NCBI GenBank assembly: GCA_965116925.1
Contig: OZ220744.1
Span: forward strand, 992,001 to 1,056,000
Length of the DNA: 64,000 nucleotides
From: Candidatus Poribacteria bacterium
GTDB taxonomy: Bacteria; Poribacteria; WGA-4E; PCPOR2b
Reading direction: 5' to 3'
In this document: positions 58,926 through 64,000 of the stretch, one piece after another
Layout: every line of letters starts with the position of its first letter
How positions within the stretch are numbered: the stretch's first letter is position 1
Notes under the pieces: generated by a model
Database searches by the model: none
Seen by the model: only the letters and a program-made list of their open reading frames with translations
What the model was told of the DNA's origin: nothing
Position numbers and translations under genes: made by a program

Positions 58926-59975
58926 ATGGCTAAAACATATAGGGTTGGAATTATTGGTTGCGGCGGGATGGGAAGATCTCACGCTAACGCTTGGGCCACC
59001 ACCGGTCGCGCCGAAGTGGTAACTGCAACGGATATGAACCCCGAAGCCGCCGCTAAGCTAGCTGGAGAATTTTCGCTGCCAACACATTATACCGATGTCC
59101 GCGAAATGTTTGAAAAAGAGATGCTGGATGTTGTAAGCATCACAACATGGCAGAGTGTTCGTGCAGAACTCACGCTAATTGCTGCGGAAGCAGGGGTGTC
59201 AGGGATTCTCGGTGAAAAACCGATGAGTGCTTCTTACGGTGAAGCGCAGGACATGATGAACGCTTGTGAAAGGAGTGGCACCAAACTTGTCATCGGACAT
59301 CAACGGCGTTTTATGCCCCAGAACTGCGAGGCACGACGACTCATTCAGGAGGGGGCGATCGGTGAACCACAGGCGATGTTGCGCCGCGATGGATATGGTT
59401 TGCTTAATCGAGGGACGCACGAAATTGATGAAATGCGCTACATCCTTGGCGATCCGGAACCGTTGTGGTTAATTGGACAGGTCTCACGTCGGACAGATAA
59501 GTGGGAGCGCCGGGTACGTTGTGAGGACGTTTGCATGGGTGAAATTTGCTTTGAAGGCGGCATCCGCGGAATTTATGAGAGCGATCTGCCCGACCCGGGA
59601 CTGCGCGGCGACGCTGTTTACGGGAGCGATGGCCAACTTAGGCGTGGCGCAGATGGAACAATTGAGTTGCTCAATAGCAAGGTTGCGGGTTGGCAGACCA
59701 TCACACCCCGTCAGAGTGAACCGAATCAGTACGAAGAAATGATTGCATGGCTCGATGGGGAGATTGAGGAACATCGCAATGCAGGGAGACACGCCGCCAC
59801 CACTATGGCAATCCTGATGGCGATTTATGAATCTTTGCGGATTAAGGATGTTGTCAAGTTTCCGTTAACCACGCGCCCCAATCCACTAGATTTGATGGTC
59901 GAAGGTGGTATGTTGCCCGTATTTGTAGAGGGACGTTACGATATCCGTGCTCCGTTTCCAGAGCAACAGAATTAA
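58926..59975 (+). CDS. Gfo/Idh/MocA family oxidoreductase
   Basis: VGIIGCGGMG, GEKPM, GHQRRF. Confidence 0.9.
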   Translation: MAKTYRVGIIGCGGMGRSHANAWATTGRAEVVTATDMNPEAAAKLAGEFSLPTHYTDVREMFEKEMLDVVSITTWQSVRAELTLIAAEAGVSGILGEKPMSASYGEAQDMMNACERSGTKLVIGHQRRFMPQNCEARRLIQEGAIGEPQAMLRRDGYGLLNRGTHEIDEMRYILGDPEPLWLIGQVSRRTDKWERRVRCEDVCMGEICFEGGIRGIYESDLPDPGLRGDAVYGSDGQLRRGADGTIELLNSKVAGWQTITPRQSEPNQYEEMIAWLDGEIEEHRNAGRHAATTMAILMAIYESLRIKDVVKFPLTTRPNPLDLMVEGGMLPVFVEGRYDIRAPFPEQQN

Positions 59976-60065
59976 ACAGGGTGAGCGTTTACAGGATGCA
60001 GGAATCAAGCGGTGTATTGAGGCCCCGGTTTCTTGTATGCCCATAACGCATTATGTTTTGCATCT

Positions 60066-62591
60066 ATGACATGGATTAAACATTTTACAGAAATTGATGA
60101 TGCTGATCTACTGCTTGTCGGTGGAAAAGGGTTAAATCTTGGCAAGTTGACAGCAGCGGGATTTCTTGTGCCCCCCGGCTTTTGTGTTACGACTGATGCT
60201 TATCGTGCCACCGTTGGGACGGTTGATACACAGAATCGCGATGCTGTCCAAGCCGCTACACTATCGGAGTCACTTCAATCGGAGATTTTAGCAGCTTATA
60301 ACGAATTAGCTGCAGATTCGGTTGCGGTGCGTTCGTCTGCCACCGCAGAGGATCTCCCTGATGCCAGTTTTGCCGGACAACAGGACACATTCCTAAATGT
60401 ATCCGGGGCATCTGAACTTTTAGAGAAGATTCAGGCGTGCTGGGTGTCGTTGTGGTCGGATCGTGCCGTTGCCTATCGCCGTGAACACGGAATTGAGGAT
60501 GCACAGTTGGCAATGGCTGTTGTGGTACAGACAATGGTCGACGCTGAGGTCTCCGGCGTTATGTTTACTTGCAGCCCGACAGGAAGGGATGAACTCGTCA
60601 TCGAGTCAAACTGGGGGTTGGGTGAGTCCATTGTTTCCGGTGAGATTACCCCCGATCATTTTATGATTTCACGAGAAACCGGAAATCTCATCCGTGAGAC
60701 TGTAGTAAGCAAGCGGAAGATGGTCGCACGCGAGGGAGTGCAAGCAGTCCCAATCGGTCAGCGAGAGATTCCAAGTTTACAACGTGGACAGGTTGCTGAA
60801 CTCGGCAAGCTGGGTATGCAGGTGGATGCGTTCTATGGGACGCCCCAAGATGTCGAATGGGCACACGCCAAAGGGCAATTCTATCTGCTGCAGGCGCGTC
60901 CCATAACAACGCTCACAGACGCGGCAGAGATTGAGCTGCTACGCCGTCAGGAAATTGAAGCCCTCCAGAAAAAAGCCGATGAAGGTGGAACGGTGTGGAG
61001 TCGATACAATCTCTCCGAAGTGCTACCCGCGCCTCTCCCCATGACATGGACAATCATGCAGGAATTTATGTCAGGTCGAGGTGGATTTGGACTGGCCTGC
61101 CGTGAGTTGGGGTTCCTTCCTAGCCGCAGGTTTGATGAGGAGGGAGTGTTGGATCTAATCTGTGGGCGGCTTTACTTCAACTTGAACCGAGAGGTAGAAT
61201 TCAATTTCCATGGGTTTCTGTTTGAACACAATTTTCAGCAACTCAAACGTGACCCACATAAAGCAATCTATCCACAGCCAACCCCGAACATCAAGCGCAG
61301 TAACGTCCTGTTTTGGAGCAAGTTTCCCTACTATATCGTTAAGGCAATTACTGCCGAACTCAAACATAGCAAAATTCGTAAAGATCTGGACAGAATTCTA
61401 TCCGAAAAAATCTTTCCAACGTTTGAACAGTATGTTCAGACTCAAAAACAGGTTTCACTCGAAGAACTGTCAGATCAACAGGTGATTGACAAATTCCACG
61501 AATGGCGTGAGAAAACACTCAACGAATTTGCTAAGGACGCGCTCAAAGCAACGGTGTTTGCGAGTTTTTCTTATCAGCAGTTGGAAATCACGCTGCAAAA
61601 GTGTTTTGGTGAAGAGGAGGCAAAAGATCTCGCTAGACTGTTAATCACAGGGTTGGAAGGTGACCTAACCGTTGATGCCAATCTGAAAATGTGGGAGGTC
61701 GCACAGGACAAACTTACACTGGAAGATTTCTTGGAAAAACACGGACATCGGTCGGTTGGCGAATTTGAGTTAGCACAGCCCCGCTGGCGTGAGGACCCTT
61801 CCTACGTCGAACAGGTTATCGCATCGTTCCATACCAATCCCAATGCCAATCCGATGAAGCATCTTCAAACCCAAAGGGCGAATCGGGAAAAAGCAAAAAG
61901 GAGATTGGCACGGTTACCGGTAAGCAAAGCAGCCGCGTTTCGGAAGCGAATCAATGAAGTGCTTGCTCTCACACAACGGTATATGCCCTTCCGGGAAACC
62001 GCGAAGTTCTATCTCATGCTCGGCTACGAATTAATCCGAAAAGCCTTGCTGGTACTCGATCGACGCTATCAACTTGACGGTGGTATCTTTTATCTTGTGC
62101 CTGATGAGTTAGATCGGCTCATCGAGGGAGAAGACCTTCAATCGATTGTTGTGGAACGTAAAACAGCCCGATCACGATTATTGAAGATTGAGCTGCCGGA
62201 TGTCATATACAGCGATATCCTTAACCGTGTCGGTGAGCCTCAAGCAATTGAAGCAAAAAATGAGATCCAAGGAGTTGGGGTGTCGGTTGGCGTCGCTACC
62301 GGCGAGGCGTATGTTCTCCGAGATCCAGCCGATGCACAGATTGCTGGTAAAAATTATATCTTGGTCTGTCCCTCAACAGATCCGGGTTGGACCCCACTCT
62401 TTCTTCACGCCGCTGGGTTGGTGATGGAGTATGGCGGTATGCTGTCGCACGGTGCTATCGTTGCACGGGAATATGGCATTCCGGCGGTAGTCAATGTTGC
62501 CGCCGCAACACAACGCTTCCAATCCGGTCAACGGCTGCGCGTTGACGGTAGTCGAGGGATTATCTCAATTTTAGAGGACGAATCTGTGTAA
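60066..62591 (+). CDS. PEP-synthase-like/rifampin phosphotransferase-like enzyme
   Basis: VGGKG, VRSSATAED..ASFAGQ, QARPIT ATP-grasp; C-terminal TDPGWTP..LSHGAIVAREYG swivel domain. Confidence 0.88.
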   Translation: MTWIKHFTEIDDADLLLVGGKGLNLGKLTAAGFLVPPGFCVTTDAYRATVGTVDTQNRDAVQAATLSESLQSEILAAYNELAADSVAVRSSATAEDLPDASFAGQQDTFLNVSGASELLEKIQACWVSLWSDRAVAYRREHGIEDAQLAMAVVVQTMVDAEVSGVMFTCSPTGRDELVIESNWGLGESIVSGEITPDHFMISRETGNLIRETVVSKRKMVAREGVQAVPIGQREIPSLQRGQVAELGKLGMQVDAFYGTPQDVEWAHAKGQFYLLQARPITTLTDAAEIELLRRQEIEALQKKADEGGTVWSRYNLSEVLPAPLPMTWTIMQEFMSGRGGFGLACRELGFLPSRRFDEEGVLDLICGRLYFNLNREVEFNFHGFLFEHNFQQLKRDPHKAIYPQPTPNIKRSNVLFWSKFPYYIVKAITAELKHSKIRKDLDRILSEKIFPTFEQYVQTQKQVSLEELSDQQVIDKFHEWREKTLNEFAKDALKATVFASFSYQQLEITLQKCFGEEEAKDLARLLITGLEGDLTVDANLKMWEVAQDKLTLEDFLEKHGHRSVGEFELAQPRWREDPSYVEQVIASFHTNPNANPMKHLQTQRANREKAKRRLARLPVSKAAAFRKRINEVLALTQRYMPFRETAKFYLMLGYELIRKALLVLDRRYQLDGGIFYLVPDELDRLIEGEDLQSIVVERKTARSRLLKIELPDVIYSDILNRVGEPQAIEAKNEIQGVGVSVGVATGEAYVLRDPADAQIAGKNYILVCPSTDPGWTPLFLHAAGLVMEYGGMLSHGAIVAREYGIPAVVNVAAATQRFQSGQRLRVDGSRGIISILEDESV

Positions 62592-62675
62592 TGATTCGTT
62601 CATTCATACTCAATAGGTTTTCGGTCACATTAATCTGCTTCAGCAATAAATTTTAACGATTCATCGTAATCATAC

Positions 62676-62704
62676 TTGACAAAGATTCCTAATCAGGGTA
62701 AACT
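62676..62704 (+). promoter_or_regulatory. Putative sigma70 promoter for nadA
   Basis: TTGACA-17 bp-TAAACT. Confidence 0.55.
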
Positions 62705-62837
62705 CTAGGGCAATCCAACAAACAACAAAGATTTCCCCCATTTTTTTGCGGTATACCAAGCAGATCTTTAGAACTACGAAACTCAAATCAGAAATTCGAG
62801 GCGAAAAACGCCCTGACAAATTTAGGGGTGAGAAGAA

Positions 62838-63947
62838 ATGAATTCCCAACCAACAGTATCCCAACACAATATAGATAAATCAGTGCTCAGTGTTGAAAGT
62901 GTGAAAAAAGAGCTTTATAAGCGGAACCATCCCAGCTTAACACCTATTGACATTGAAGCGCACGCAGAAACAGTGTATCAAATATTGAGACTGAAGGAAA
63001 AGCACAATGTAGTGATACTCGGCCATAATTACATGGAGCCTCTCGTATTTGGTTTGTCGACAAAGAGTGAGCAAGGTGATTCACTTGGGTTGAGCATGTA
63101 CGCTGCAAAGACCGATGCACCATACATCCTCTTTAACGGTGTGCCGTTCATGGCGGAAACTGCGAAAATCCTCAATCCTTCAAAAACGGTTCTCGCTGCA
63201 GATAAGACAGCGGGCTGCTCCTTAGCGGATAATTTTGGGGCTAAAGAGGTCAGGAAGCTAAAGGCATTCTATCCAGGGGTTCCTGTCATGATTTACATCA
63301 ATAGCTACGCCGATGCAAAGGCGGAGTCGGACATCTGTTGTACGTCCGCAAATGCCGCCCAAATCGCCCGAGAAATGCCGGGTAATGAGATTCTTTTTGT
63401 GCCTGACATTTACTTCGCGGAGAATTTAGAGGAGGAACTGAAGGGAACGAAAACAGTCTTCTACCCCGGTAAAGGGAACCAAGAAAGAGGAGCCGTATGT
63501 GAGGTGCATGAAAAATTCCTGCTTTCAGACCTGTTAGCGATACGTAATTCATTTGACATCCCCAAAGGTCATCCCACGAGAATACTTTATGCACACTGGG
63601 AATGTCGTCCTGAGGTGCTTCAGGAAGCCGATTTTTACGGCAGTACCAGCCAGATAGGGCAGGACATTGCAAAGCGGGTAGAGGAGAATCGGTTGGAACG
63701 TGCTTTTGTTGCTTCCGAGTGCGAACTGACCTCCAACTTGGCGCAAGAATTCCCGACCGTACAATTTTCGACCGCATGTTCTGTACGGTGTTCCCACATG
63801 GCGAAGGTCACACTCAATAAAGTGCTTAATGTCCTACAGGCACTTGATAAAGGCGACGATTTGAGTCCGCACGAAGTTACACTTATGCCGGAGGTCATCG
63901 AACGGGCAAGAACACCAATTGAGCGGATGCTTGAGTTAAGCGCGTGA
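62838..63947 (+). CDS. nadA: Quinolinate synthase
   Basis: GHNY, GDSL, FMAETAKILNP, GCSLA, YINS, CTS, CEVH, HWEC, CSHM. Confidence 0.94.
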   Translation: MNSQPTVSQHNIDKSVLSVESVKKELYKRNHPSLTPIDIEAHAETVYQILRLKEKHNVVILGHNYMEPLVFGLSTKSEQGDSLGLSMYAAKTDAPYILFNGVPFMAETAKILNPSKTVLAADKTAGCSLADNFGAKEVRKLKAFYPGVPVMIYINSYADAKAESDICCTSANAAQIAREMPGNEILFVPDIYFAENLEEELKGTKTVFYPGKGNQERGAVCEVHEKFLLSDLLAIRNSFDIPKGHPTRILYAHWECRPEVLQEADFYGSTSQIGQDIAKRVEENRLERAFVASECELTSNLAQEFPTVQFSTACSVRCSHMAKVTLNKVLNVLQALDKGDDLSPHEVTLMPEVIERARTPIERMLELSA

Positions 63948-64000
63948 AACACCAAAATATCTGAAAATGATACCAACAAAAAAGGCTCCCATAAACTTGG

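Overview
Bacterial chromosomal window (~50% GC), inferred to be Candidatus Poribacteria-like from a LamG protein with the AVxxxGKLATTWGxIK C-terminal motif and heavy expansion of enolase-superfamily, Gfo/Idh/MocA and PhyH enzymes. About 50 CDSs, mostly sugar-acid/oxidative catabolism plus glpK, a two-component pair, ppx, rimI and nadA. No rRNA, tRNA or CRISPR array seen. Best signal: a co-directional locus of exported redox proteins (2028-9994): YCF48/BNR lipoprotein, TlpA, a hidden selenoprotein, a Tat-type DUF362 protein, a Cys-tailed lipopeptide and an outer-membrane beta-barrel. The two ORF-track ORFs 3614-4699 and 4712-5047 are one frame joined by UGA in a UxxC motif with a SECIS-like hairpin. 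Inside the locus a PIN toxin gene is split by a TA-targeting MITE and then by an IS4-like element; the target duplications give the order. Three families of small inverted-repeat elements carry interchangeable REP-like cargo. Also present: an intact TnpB-only element, a candidate sRNA (10199-10423), a heptad-repeat gene with a perfect sigma70 promoter, and a structured nadA leader. All product calls come from motif recognition, not database searches.
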